From: Octopus bimaculoides
Taxonomy: Eukaryota
Reading direction: 5' to 3'
NCBI RefSeq assembly: GCF_001194135.2
Contig: NC_068986.1
Span: forward strand, 2,388,396 to 2,452,395
Length of the DNA stretch: 64,000 bases
Within the stretch, counting starts at the first letter, position 1, and the number at the start of each line of letters is the position of its first letter. A model generated the notes under the pieces. It was given only the letters and a program-made list of their open reading frames with translations. It ran no database searches and was not told the origin of the DNA. The position numbers and the translations under genes were made by a program. Positions 12,591 to 25,506 of this stretch are shown one piece after another.

Positions 12591-13639
12591 CTGCAACAGA
12601 CAGTAACAGCTGACATAACTGGCACAGGGTTACATAAAACGACACATAACACACCTTAAACTAGAGTACTCAAGCCATCAATAATGAGAGCAGGTGTACT
12701 AAGCTTTGTGATAATTACAACATTTTGGTTTGAATGTATGAATATTCATTTTTATCCCAATTGAAGGTAATGTTACAAAATGCACATGATGAAAGTTGCT
12801 AATGAGAGTATGAGAATGTACATAAAACTGCCAAAATAACAGGAAAATAAAAATACATTTAGCACTCCCTAATTAATAAACAGGTTTCATTAGTTTTAAT
12901 ATGTACAATGTGGTAGTCAATGATTCACTCATTATTCTACATTAAGTTTCAAAGATGATGTACATGTATTCAATTTCACAAATGATGTACATGTACATGT
13001 AATCAAAACTACCAAAATATATACATAATTATACATGGTTACATGATTTCACAAACAGGTTACATTCAAGAGACAGCAGGTTTTGTTTTAAGCAAAAGTT
13101 GCACATTTACAATATATCATTTGACACATTCCATGCAAAAAATACATCTTAATGGAAATTAAAGAACAACCACCGGACACATTGTAAATCATTCCAGTCT
13201 GGTTTATATAATTTTAATATCCATTAAGACACTGGTTATGTTTGCTGAGGGTTTATTGTCTCCCCTGTGATATTTGCTCAGCCTTTTTTCTTAATGCATG
13301 TCCTCTCATTCAAATGTCATTCACATCAAATGCAGTTAACAAACCATCTTGTATCTTGATAAACGCTAGAATAAACTATTTCATCTGGGAAACTCTGGGT
13401 GGTTGTATTTTTCAAGGCTTGTGGTTTTTATTATCAAACATATATTTATATATGTGTATGTATACATGTGTGTGGTGGGGGAGGCAGCAACCATAAATAA
13501 CAAAATGTAAAAAACAGTATTATTTCAAAGCTTGCTTCAGTGTTGTTCATCAAATATATTTTAAAATATCTTTTTGCTTACCTACACAGAATGAAATTCA
13601 CCAATCCATTTAAACATTTAAAACACATTATGTACATAC

Positions 13640-13718
13640 CTTATATCTAATGGTAACAGACTTGTATCCAAATTATGTTCCAAAACAACTAACTCACACA
13701 ACATCTTCAATGTTGGAG
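13640..13718 (-). CDS. KLHDC3: KLHDC3 exon 9 (BC-box/CUL2-box region)
   Basis: ttttag / gtatgt; APTLKMLCELVVLEHNLDTSLLPLDI(R); 79 nt, phase 1 to 2. Confidence 0.93.
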
Positions 13719-13904
13719 CTAAAATAACACAAAACAGATTATATATATCAGCAGTATTCAAAACACCAAAACTGCATTATTTACAAATCCGTTTTTATTC
13801 TCTTCTTCTCACTCACAGTCTTCCTCAAACACACACAAATAGGAAACATGCTACGCATAGAATCAGACACTCACAAACACACACATACAAACATAAACTC
13901 ACAA

Positions 13905-13935
<31 letters not shown>

Positions 13936-14189
13936 TGATTGTCCTTCATTGTTTTGATAATGGATAGATACTTTCAGTGAAACTTATTTGACTGATTAAG
14001 ATTGATTTCAAATTTTGGCACAAGGCCAGCAATTTCAGGGGAGTGAGTAAGTTGATTACATCAGCCCCGCCAGAGTTCAACTGGAACTTATTTTATCAAT
14101 CCCAAAAGGATGGAAAGCAAAAGCATCTCAGTAGAATTTGAACTCACAGCATAAAGACAAACAAAATGCTACAAAACACCACTTGACGA

Positions 14190-14935
14190 CAATCCTCTGC
14201 TTAGGAAATTGTTTTTCTCTCGGCTGCCGCCGAATGTCCAACCCATACTGGCCACAGCAGTTGATTCAAATTCGCTCGATCAGATATCAGATAGCCACCT
14301 TGGCAGAAGAGGTCATAGAGTTCACTGTGCAAGCCGCACCTCACCATACCTGTTCGGACACCGTAGTAGCTTCCTCTACTACCACAATATCTTCTCCCTC
14401 GTCACGTGACGACATTTTGGAGAGAGTCGATGCATTAGTACGTCGCATGGACACATTGTGGTGAGAACGCGCCAGCTCTCATCATCACAGGAGAAGCCAT
14501 TCCAAGTCACGGTCATCTAGTTCTAATCCAACAGTTTCCAATCTCTGCTGGTACCATGCCACATTCAAAGAAAAAGCCCATCGTTGCATCCAGCCCTGTT
14601 CATTCAGGTTGTCAAGAAACTAGTTCCAGAAGATTTGGGCACGTCAGATTCTTTCTGCAATTTTTCATCTCATTATGCATTCTTTGTTAAGGATCATGTG
14701 TCTAACGAAACATTCATGGTTGGCACCGGATCCAGCTGTTCTATTTGCCCTTTGCGTCTTACTTCAGCCAAGCAAAAGCAATCTGCCATTATCCTGCACG
14801 TTGTAAATCTATCCCCGATAAAAACTTACGGTCAGATCTCATTATACCTAGATCTCAACCTTCGAAGGGATTTTAGGTGGGTTTCTGTTATAGCAGAACT
14901 ACCATATCCCATTCTATGTGCAGAATTCTAGGTGA
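14190..14935 (+). mobile_element. Ty3/Gypsy gag-protease fragment in KLHDC3 intron 8 (antisense)
   Basis: FFSRLPPNVQPILA, CWYHATFKEKAHRCIQPCSF knuckle, FMVGTGSSCSI (decayed DTG protease), LDLNLRRDFRWVSVIAELPYPILCAEF. Confidence 0.8.
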
Positions 14936-15439
14936 GGTTCAATAAATGAAAGTAAATATCCAAGTACGAGTTTGAATTTCATTGATTGATTGATACAAGT
15001 GCATCCTCAGATTAAAGCAATAAACCACTGTGAAGGGCAGTGAGGGGAAATGTAGTCCAGGTATTAGGAAAATGGGTTCGGATTCATCCAGAACAGATTG
15101 AATGCAGGAGCTTAGACATATGAAACTAAATAACATGTAAATGTTGTGTAATAAGAATGGGAGTTTTGTTTAATACTTTCTTAATACTTTCTTAATTTCT
15201 GCTCAAAGTAAAACTGCTTCATTCATGCCATCATTGCCTTGGATGAAGGCAGAAAAGAAGACTTTTACTGATTGTTCCCTTCTATAAATCTAAAGATTAC
15301 TAATTTTTTTATAACGTGTACAGCTGGATTATTAGATTATTAGATTATTAGATTATTAGATTATTAGAAAGCAGAGGTAAGAGGGACTAAACAGCACAAA
15401 TGTATAAAAAAAATAATTATAGATTATTATCATTATTAC

Positions 15440-15522
15440 CAAAATCCAAAACGTGAAGATCTGAATGGTCATAGAGATCCATATCATTTTCTTCGTTAGC
15501 TTCATTTTGTGGATTGGTAGGG
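15440..15522 (-). CDS. KLHDC3: KLHDC3 exon 8
   Basis: ttgtag / gtaata; (S)PTNPQNEANEENDMDLYDHSDLHVLDF; 83 nt, phase 2 to 1. Confidence 0.93.
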
Positions 15523-15944
15523 CTACAATAAAGAAAACTGTAACATTAATAACTGAACACATTAAAGCACAACACTTAGATATTCCCTTAAAATCTCAAT
15601 GGTCCATAAAGTTCCAATAATGGTAGATAAAAAGGCAGGCAGACAAACACTTATGGAAACTTCAAGGAGTTTTTTTGTGTTGATACTTGTTTTCATTCGA
15701 TTAATTTTTCAATATAACTTTGTTTTTAACTGTATCAAGGTGTAGGCATAGCTCTGTGGTTAAAAAGTTAGCAACTTCATGGTTTCAGGTTCAGTCCCAC
15801 TGTGTAGTACTTGTGTGAGTGTCTTCTATAGTCCAATAGTCTGCTGTGAAATTGGTAGACACAAACTTTAAGGAAGCCTCTTTTATCTGTGAGTGTACAT
15901 ATACCAACATATGTATATACATACACACACTGATATATATATAT

Positions 15945-16085
15945 CATCATCATCATCATCATCATCGTTTAACGTCCGCTTTCCATGCTAGCATGGGTTG
16001 GACGATTTGACTGAGGACTGGTGAAACTGGATGGCAACACCAGGCTCCAATCTAATTTGGCAGAGTTTCTACAGCTGGATGCCCT
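15945..16085 (-). mobile_element. RTE-family 3' end with (ATG)n tail
   Basis: Same sequence as 41771-41900. Confidence 0.85.
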
Positions 16086-16894
16086 GCAGTTAAGAAACTC
16101 AGTTCACAACCATGAGGAACCAATGTGTAATCCCATTGCTTGGCATCTACCAAGTTTCAAGTCAACCAAAGATTTGTGCAAGAATGTGGATAAACATAAA
16201 CTATACACAAGTCCATCAGATGGTCTGGATCTATAATTGAAATGTCCAGTTTTGTTACACCTGTGTTATGGCTGATTCTACTAGAGAAGTACATTAAAGA
16301 TACACATGCATGTGGAATACTCAACACATTTTGCATGCTAATTCAATGAGCAGGTTGTCCCCTAAGACTCGTGGGGCTGGTTAGTTGGCTTCCATGGCAT
16401 ATAAGTAACTGAGATCACAACTTTCTTTCTGAAAGGGTCACCAGTTCATTGCAGAGTTGTTCATTTACAGCTGAGTGGACTGGAGCAATGTGAAATGAAG
16501 TGTTTGGCTCAAGAACACAATGTACTGCCCAGTCTGGGATCATGAGTGCACCACTCTAACCACTATGCCACATGATCTTCATGAAAGTTCACCACAGAGG
16601 AATGAAAAGACTCTCTAGAATGAATTATTGTTGCTGTTCTACTAATTGGCTACACTGAGATTCCAGTACAAACAATTAGGAAAAAGAAGAAAAAACAAGA
16701 CAGTTTGCTCTAGAAAGAATTTTCATGTAAAATTCCTGTCTTAAGGATCTTTCTCTCTCTAACAAATGCTACCAAAGAAAAACATCGTCGTATGAATGAA
16801 CAAATCTGAAGAAATAAAGAAAGATACAAATAAAGAAAAACAACTGGAAACAGTTCTGTTGACTCTGTAAATAATTTCGAAAGGTTATACTAAC

Positions 16895-17003
16895 CTTGTG
16901 CCACCAAACAGAAATACTCTAGAGCCAATCACACAGCAACATTGTCTCCGACGAGGACATGGTCCTTTGCCTTTCACCTTAACCATTGTCCAATGATGGT
17001 GAA
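16895..17003 (-). CDS. KLHDC3: KLHDC3 exon 7
   Basis: ttatag / gttagt; VHHHWTMVKVKGKGPCPRRRQCCCVIGSRVFLFGGT(S); 109 nt, phase 1 to 2. Confidence 0.95.
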
Positions 17004-17439
17004 CTATAATAGAAAACAAAGAAAGCATTTTAGTGTACATTTAGTACCTTAGCATTCAGATTACTGTCAAATGTAATGCATATTCATCCACATTGTTTTG
17101 TATTAATCATGCATTATCTTGTAGTTTTGAGATTCTGGTGATGCAATTGTTTAATCTTAGAATAGCATTGTGGGGTATGTGTTGTTCAAAGCACATTCGA
17201 CAGTTGTTCTTGAAGAAATAAATCCAGCAGTAAAAATTAGCTCTGGAAAATCGCTTAATTCTAAAAACAGGTCATCATCATGTGATATCTGTTTTCCAGA
17301 CTGGCATGGCTTGGACAGATTAACACTGGCCAAGTCAGTTTCTATTCTTGGTTACTACCCATTTTAGACAAGTTGGAAGGCCACCTTTTGTCAAGAAGTA
17401 GAGTGTAAACATTTACAGACTCTCACGAATATACATACA

Positions 17440-17630
<191 letters not shown>

Positions 17631-17699
17631 TAAAGTTTTTTTGTTTATTGTATAGCCAGTAGTTTGAAGTGCTCAGATAAAAAAAAACCCAGATGCAAA

Positions 17700-17813
17700 A
17701 ATGTTAAGGAGAATTTCAGATAGGTTCAACAATTTAAATAAACATAATGGCAGGAGAATATATGTTTATGTTTATTTAAATTGTTGAACCTCTAAGAAAT
17801 TCTCCTTAACATT
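17700..17813. repeat. Near-perfect inverted repeat, 48-bp arms and 18-nt loop
   Basis: 45 of 48 positions pair by manual check. Confidence 0.9.
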
Positions 17814-18864
17814 ATATATATATATACATATACACACACCAAACCGCTAAGTTACTGAGATGTAAACAAACCAACACCAGTTGTCAAGCGATGGTGGTGG
17901 GACAAAGAGAGACACACACAGAGGCCTCCACACCATTTCACTCACAAGGCATTGGTTGGCCCAGAACTATAATAGAAGACACTTTGTCCAAGGTGTCATT
18001 GTGTGAAACCTGAAACCACACAATTACAAAACAAGCTTTTTAATCACACAGCCTCGCCTGTGCTTTTAATGCATTTTTTTTATTTAATACTGCACATCAC
18101 AAATCTGTCTTCCATTCAAAACCATTGATAGTTAGTGACATCAATATTCTTCTCACTACATTATTTGCAGGTCACAAACCTTAGATAGACTTCTTAAATA
18201 TGCAAAATGCTTTCTGCACTGAAAAATAGGAACAAAGAATTGCCAGTTGCATTTCTGGCAATCATCCAGCACCAACACTATACCTCCACATTAGAATCAG
18301 ATGCACTGATTTGCTGCAGAGACAGTAACGCAATATCAGCTTTCTCCACTTTTACCAACACAGGTTCATGTTCTTGCCAACTTTCTACAATTACAGCTAC
18401 TTTCCCATTTATGCTAAATCATTACAATTAGACACAAGTAAACACACACAACACAAACAACAAAACATACACAGAACATATGTATTATAATAACAGAAAA
18501 CACTGAGAAAATATTGATAAATTAAAAAGGGATAAAAATATAAAACAGGTGTGACCTTGACCTTTTCTCTGAAACCTCAACCAACAGCTTTGTAGTTCTT
18601 TCATCATCATCGTATTAACATCCACTTTTCCATACTCACATGGTCAGACGAAATATGTTGTGGCAGATTTTCTACAGCAATATGTCTTACCTGTCACCAA
18701 CCTTCACCTGTCTCCAAATAAGGTAATATTACCCCATGGAAAATTGGACATGAAGGACACTGCTTGTACAATGATGACATTAATTTACACCTATCGCATG
18801 AAACCAAGGCAAGGAGGCAGTACACACATCCATGCACTTACACATGCGCACACATACATACACA

Positions 18865-19200
18865 ACAGGCTTCTTTCAGTTTCTGTCCCCCAAATCCACT
18901 CACAAGGCTTTGGTTGGGCCAGTAGAAAGCACTTGCTGTGAGACTGAACCCAAAATTATATGGTTGGAAAGCAAACTTCTAACTACACAGCCACATCTGC
19001 ATTAAAAAACATTAAAAAAAAATTAATGAAATAAGCAACCAGGCGTGGCTGTGTGGTAAGAAGCTTGCTTCCCAACCACATGGTTCCAGGTTCAGTCCCA
19101 CTGCACAGCACCTTGGGCAAGTGTCCTCTATAGCCCCAGGTTCACCAGCACTTTGTGAGTGACCTCAGTAGACAAAAATTGCACAAAGCCCATTGTGTGT
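18865..19200. mobile_element. Two tRNA-derived SINE family B copies, head-to-head
   Basis: Minus copy 18865-19000; plus copy 19041-19200 (ggcgtggctgtgtggtaag..ggttcagtcc); other copies near 15743, 17920, 22780, 37790, 49860 and 56300. Confidence 0.75.
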
Positions 19201-19495
19201 GTATGTGTGATTGCTTAATACTTCACCATGTCAAAAACTTAAGCTACATCTGTTGATGATGTTGACATTCCCTTGTCAACAAAATATCCAGAAGTTCTGC
19301 AGTTTCAAAGATGAGTGAAATGCAAATATCATTACTTGGAAAACAGGTAAGAGTTAGTAACAGGAAAGGCATTTGATTGTAAAACAATACCTCAATGATA
19401 TATATTTGCCTAATCCATGCTAGCATGGAAAAAAAAACAGATGCTAAACAAACGAACTTCTGTATAATGTTTTGAGTGAATAAATAAAGAATTAC

Positions 19496-19582
19496 CTGGG
19501 TCAAACCTGAAGATATCACGGAAGTGCAAATGATGAAATCCATTGAAACCACCAAATACATATAAATAACCTTTGTAAACAA
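19496..19582 (-). CDS. KLHDC3: KLHDC3 exon 6
   Basis: tttcag / gtaatt; FVYKGYLYVFGGFNGFHHLHFRDIFRFDP; 87 nt, phase 1 to 1. Confidence 0.95.
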
Positions 19583-20367
19583 CTGAAAATATACAAGTTA
19601 GGTGGAGATGAGATTGAGAAGATGAAGGGAATAAAAAACTGAAACAGTGAGATGAAGAGGACAGAACTGGGAGAAAGAGAACAAGAGGCAAAGAGAAAAA
19701 ATATACAACTAAGAGAGTAAGAGGGAGAGAGAGAGAGCAAGAGAGAGAAATTTCCTGAGAAATAAAGTGATTGAAATGAAAAAGAAACCCTACAAAAATT
19801 TCAGATAAAATAGAGGAACTGATTTTATGCTTTTGAATATTATATTACTGATGTATATTGATGTATGAAGATTCATGGCATAGTGGTTAGGGTGATGACT
19901 TCTTAATGTCAAGGTCATTTGTTCAATTCATGAACTGAGTAGCACATTGTGTCTTTGAACAACACACTTCATTTTACATTGTTCCAGTCCACTCAGCTAG
20001 CTTGACTGCTGGTGCAGCTTTCTCTCCCTCCAGCTGTCACATCCTCAATGTACCACTGGCTCAAAACTAGTGGGGAGGTGCCAATATGTCTGCTTGTGAC
20101 TACATAGACACCTAAAACAAGTAGTAAAAGTATGGTATTTACCACCAAGTCATACTTGCTTGTGAGCAACGGACATCCATAAGTGTTTCTATTAAAAGGA
20201 TGAAATTATAAAACGCATGATAACAATATGAGAAACATTACTTCCCATGAGATTTAGTGTAGGTTTCATCCTGCCAGAGGCTTTGTTGAGTAGAAGTTCA
20301 AACAAATAGCCCTGTAACAGACAGACTGACTGTTTTGAATATTAAGCGGTTAAGTCTTCTGTTCTTA

Positions 20368-20587
20368 TTGGACTGGTGCATAATTATTGCAGCTTTTTTC
20401 AACAAATTTTATTCAACAAAAACAATAACAATATTTAACAAAAACATCTTTAAATGGGAAGCAGTAATTGAAGTGGATGGTGAATATGCTCCGGAATAAT
20501 CATTTAAAGATATTTTTGTTACATGTTATTGTTTCTGTAAAATAAAATTTGTTGAAAAAAAACTGCAATAATTATGCACCAACCCAA
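20368..20587. mobile_element. Mariner-derived MITE with ~90-bp TIRs
   Basis: TA|ttggactggtgcataattattgc ... gcaataattatgcaccaacccaa|TA; internal EAVIEVDGEY resembles a mariner transposase C-terminus. Confidence 0.8.
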
Positions 20588-21354
20588 TAGTTCCCCAGAC
20601 ACCATTGCTCATTGATTATTAAATGCATACAAACTATCATCATCATTATTACTTGTTTAATTTGGGTTTTCAAGTTTCTTTTCAGTTAATTTTCTGAGTA
20701 TTTTGACTATTATGCAATCTCAATGTTTACAAGTCTAATTCTCAATGATTTTCCTCAAGCTATTTTTGGGTCTGTCATGTCTTAAGTACTTTCCATCACC
20801 TAACAACTATACTTCATTTCATTTAATATACATCATTCATTTTTCCTTATATAATCCTGTCTGTAGTGTTAGTTTCTATGCATATATCTGCCAATTACTT
20901 TGATTCTCATCAGATTGTTTAACTTACTTGTACTCCATTTTTCTTGTAAGTTAACATTTCACTTTCAAAGGGTCAAAGGTAATTATTAGATCTCCCATTG
21001 CTGTAGATTTTCTTTGACCACCATCAGCATCACTCTGTCATGATGTCACCACACTACCATACATCACACTACCATACATCACACTACCAGATGACATTTC
21101 TCTGCCGTACACTCATCTCATCTCATATGTTCTTTTGCATGAAAAAAAAAACAGTTTGTTTTTTTTATATGCAATGCAAACACGTCTTTTGCTGCATTTC
21201 TTCACTGCAAACTTAACATCCATTTGCATCCCACAACTGAATTAGCCTTAAATCATCTAAATCCAGCTTATCTCTTACACTGAAATATGAGAAAGTGAAA
21301 ACTAATATGAGAGAGAGAGAGAGATGAGAAGAAGGAAAAAGTTTGGAATCTCAC

Positions 21355-21568
21355 AAGCAGAATGACTTCGCCGTCCAATTGGGGCTACTCCACTAGTTTT
21401 AGTCTGGGTCCAAGTGTTGGTGACTGTATCGAACATCTGGATTTTATTACAGTAGATTTCTCGATTAGAAAATGTCTCCCCGGAAACATCACTCCGACCA
21501 CCAAACACATACATGATATTACCAATAGCTGTAGCTGAGTGGAAATCTCTCCATATTGCTGGAATGCC
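21355..21568 (-). CDS. KLHDC3: KLHDC3 exon 5
   Basis: ttgaag / gtgaga; GIPAIWRDFHSATAIGNIMYVFGGRSD...YCNKIQMFDT...GRRSHSA; 214 nt, phase 0 to 1. Confidence 0.96.
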
Positions 21569-22154
21569 CTTCAAGGAAAAAATAATAACAATTCAGAATA
21601 AATTAAAAAACTAAGAATACTTTTCAAAATTTATTTACAATCTATAATAACAAAAGCAAAATTCTGTCTGTCTGGGACCCCTGTATCTCAGTTTATGTTT
21701 GCTCTTCATAGATATGTTATGCTTTTTTGAAATCAGGATGAAGCCAACCACTTTGAAGAAAGTGCTAGGTGCTTTTCATATGTCACTGGCATGAATGCAT
21801 TTTACATGGCACTAGCATGAGTGCATTTTATGTGGCAGCCACGAGTGCATTTTACAGGGCACCAGCATGAATTCATTGTGGTACCCATATGAGTGCATTT
21901 TATGTAGCACCAATTTGTTGAGGCAGATTTTTCTAGAGCTGGATGCTATTCCTGTTGCCAACCATCACCTGTTTCCTGACAAGGGGATATTTCCCTATGG
22001 CCAGATATATTTTTCATGAAAGACTACCAATGAACAACATTGCTTATATAACAGTGATAGCACATTTATGATTAACACATGATGTCAAAACAAGGGCACA
22101 CATACACACACATATATATATATATATATAACTGACACTCCATTCTAGTAGTAC

Positions 22155-22330
22155 ATAAAAAGCACCCACTACACTCTTGGAGTGGTTAGCATTAGGAAGG
22201 GCATCCAGCTGTAGAAACCTTTCCAGATCAGATTGGAGCCTGGCGCAGCCTACTGGCTTGCCAGTCTCCAGTCAAACCGTCAAACCCATGCCAGCATGGA
22301 AAACGGACGTTAAATGATGACGGTGATGAT
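22155..22330 (+). mobile_element. RTE-family 3' end
   Basis: aaaagcacccactacac..gggcatccagctgtagaaac..ggacgttaaatgatga. Confidence 0.8.
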
Positions 22331-22610
22331 TTAGTATCAGATAAAGTTGTATAAAAAAAGATTTTTGGTAATAAGTTAAATAAAAAAAATTGGGCACTAA
22401 CAGGTTAACCTATTAGTACCACAGTGTCTGGTGAAATTACAACAAAAATGAACTGTAAAAGATTCACAAATCTATGTACAAAATTTGGTGTTGTGTACAA
22501 CTAAATTCAAACTTACAATGTCAGTTTTATAGAAAAAGTGAAGCATATGGAGAATATAAAATTAAAATGAGTGAAGTGAGAGAATAGGTAATTTAAATAA
22601 GAAAACTTAC

Positions 22611-22682
22611 TTTTATTTTTATATGTTGCCAAGTATATGTAGCGAAGTCCAAAGCTTGCACTTGGTTGGAAAATCGATCAAC
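22611..22682 (-). CDS. KLHDC3: KLHDC3 exon 4
   Basis: atgcag / gtaagt; VDRFSNQVQALDFATYTWQHIKIK; 72 nt, phase 0 to 0. Confidence 0.93.
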
Positions 22683-23431
22683 CTGCATTATAAAAAAAAG
22701 CAACATGATATTGTATACCACTGAGTGTAAACATTGGATCAAATTGAACTAAATAGTACTGATTGGACTGGAACTACAGTAGAAGACACTTGTCCAAAGT
22801 GCAGTACTGCGGGACTGAACCTGAAACCTCATAGTTAAGAAGTGAACTTCTTAAAAGCACACTGCCATAACTGCACCGATCATACACACACGTGTGTGTG
22901 TGTGTGTGTACATGAATGTGTTGGACATATCAGCTACATTTCAAGCTGCCAATTACTTCATTTATAAATATATCAGATATGTTTCTTGATTAGGTTAATC
23001 TTCATGGAAACTGGAAATCTAAAAGCATTGTAACATTGATATTGCAAATTAAAAATATGGTCAAGAATTAAAATATACCAATATATCTGGATAGAGATTT
23101 AGTGAGAAGGTCTGGCTATGATATGGACAAACAACTGCTACAAGATTGTGATTATTACAGATCAAAAGAGAGAGAACTCAAGAAATCACAAAAGTAAACT
23201 ATTTAATCAGGCAAAAAGAAGACTAATTACTGAGCAAGCTTCTCTATACTGGCATAGAAATGCATTAATTGTAATGATATTGAGAAGATGGGGTGGTGGA
23301 TAGTAATGAACATGCTGATAACTAGGAGAAATTAAAGCAGTGTTAATTATAATCAGCAAATACAACTTGATTGTCATTAGTAAAAATATAATTGGGGTAA
23401 TCTTAATCAGTATTAACTAGACACATATACA

Positions 23432-23560
23432 CATCATCATTTGATGTCCATGTTCTGTGCTAGCATGGGTTGGATAGTGGGCTCAAGAATTACATCATGC
23501 TCCAGTGTCTGTTTTGGCAAAGTTTCTACAGCTGGATGCCCTTCCTAACATGGCAGCCAC
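23432..23560 (-). mobile_element. RTE-family 3' end, older copy
   Basis: catcatcat..gctagcatgggttgga..tttctacagctggatgcccttcctaac. Confidence 0.65.
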
Positions 23561-25390
23561 CTTACAGCATGTACAGAGTTCTATTTTCATACGACTGGCA
23601 CAAGTGAGATTGCTGTACAGCTTGCAAAAACTACAAAACTTAAGATGAGGGACCTTATGCTAGCAGATGAGGGTTAAGGGTGTGAGAGAAAGGAGTAGGG
23701 CACAGCAGGTTCTTGTTGCAGAGGATTTACATGGCTACTCACAAGAGAGTGAGAAATGAATCAGTTGTAACAGTAAAGAGGTAAATAGTGGTGGTGAGGT
23801 GTCCAGGTGGCACCTCAAGGTACAGAGGTAAGTAGAAGTCAGTGGGGACAGAGAAACTAAGAGTGGTGGGGTTCACAAGACTGTACAAAGGGCAGGAGAT
23901 AGAGGAAAATAAGAGAGAGGTAGGTAACATCTGTAAGGATCAGGTAAGTTGATTGGTGGCTGCAAAGGTGGGGTAAATATTTAATTGTATACTGCAGAAA
24001 ATTAAACAAAATTATAGACCTTATCAATTCCAGCTTCCTTAATTCAAACAATCTAAGCAATGAGCTTATACACATTGATTGGTTGATTTGTTGTTTAACC
24101 CAAGGTGTGCTTTGACTATGTTATATTAGGATCTGTTAGAAAGGCATAAAGTCATAAATTTTTAGAGAAGAGTAAAGAAGTGTATTAATATATATTACAA
24201 AAAGTTATTAACAATGACCAAAGCCAAGTGGTTACAGGTGAAAAATCAAAATTCTTATTTCAATTTTTGTAGGACACAAATTTTCTTTCAATTCTATTTA
24301 ATATCTCTTGCCATATTTCATGGCTTTCTATATTTTTATATTTTATTCCTTATATTCTAATTGATAAATTTCCTGCTTTCCTGATTCAACAGGACAATAG
24401 CATTCCAACCACAATCCAAGACTGCATTGTCCAATTTGCCCTTTCTTTCCCTTCTTTCTTCTGACAGTAGAATGTGATCTGAGAGATTTGGCTGCTATTT
24501 GTAGTAGGTCAAATGACTCTATAGACTCCCACAGGTTGATAAGTTAGGTATCTCAACTAAGACCTCATTGTTTTCACTGATAAACTACTGGAAATGAACT
24601 ATCCACTTAATTATCTTCTCCACTCTATTTCTTTTGTTGCTCAGAACATGAGACAAAAGAAATGGCTTCTTTAGCCATAATAAATGCTAAGCAGAACAAA
24701 GAAAACCATCCATGTTGATAGAGACATTAATCCAGCCAACCTAAATTAAAACTGATACTAAGAGGGAGGGCTTTTTGCTTCATAAGTCATAATAACTACA
24801 GCCAGTCTACTGCTAATGTTAAGGGCGTTCAGTCTTGTATTTCACACAACACATTTTGTTCTATTGCTCATTGATTTTAAACACATATTTCACATGCATT
24901 TTTGCCATGTGTCATGTGCATTTGTCTATACAGTTCGTATACTGTCTTGTGAAACACTCAAATAAAAAAATAGAAATTTATTAATATGCATGTTGCTGTC
25001 CGATTCCTTTTAGTTGCAAGTGGAGTACAGACTTCAAGAGAGAATTACTGGCTTCTATCAAAAAGAAGTACAGCTTTCAATTTTTAATATATTATTGTGG
25101 CTAATGGTAGAGCCTCAAGCCCTTGATGCTTGAGATGAGCATACTACATGTAGCATAAAACATCAATCTTCAACTTTCATAGATTAAAGAGCCCCATTGA
25201 CAGTTCTCTAATTGGGCACATCCTAGCACTGGCTCTGCCTATATGAGATTTTCACTTAGTTCTGTTATAACATTCCAAATTCACCGAATCTATTCACAAT
25301 AATTTAAGCTTTTAATAATTACTTTTAATAGTCGTTTTGCTTCTATACTTTAGTGGAATGCTTTTTAGATTTCCCTTTTTGTTAACTTAC

Positions 25391-25506
25391 CGCCTCTTCA
25401 TAACCTCCAAATATGTACATTTTATTATTTATGACACAAGCAGAGTGACCGTCTCTGGCACCAGGTTTTACGCCGTGAACTGTTGGACGTGACCATGTGA
25501 ACATAT
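25391..25506 (-). CDS. KLHDC3: KLHDC3 exon 3
   Basis: ctttag / gtaagt; NMFTWSRPTVHGVKPGARDGHSACVINNKMYIFGGYEEA; 116 nt, phase 1 to 0. Confidence 0.96.

Noticed and set aside
15326-15367. Short tandem arrays such as (GATTATTA)x5, 21045-21090 and 46133-46186 considered as CRISPR-like
   Set aside because: No spacers, eukaryotic context and no cas genes
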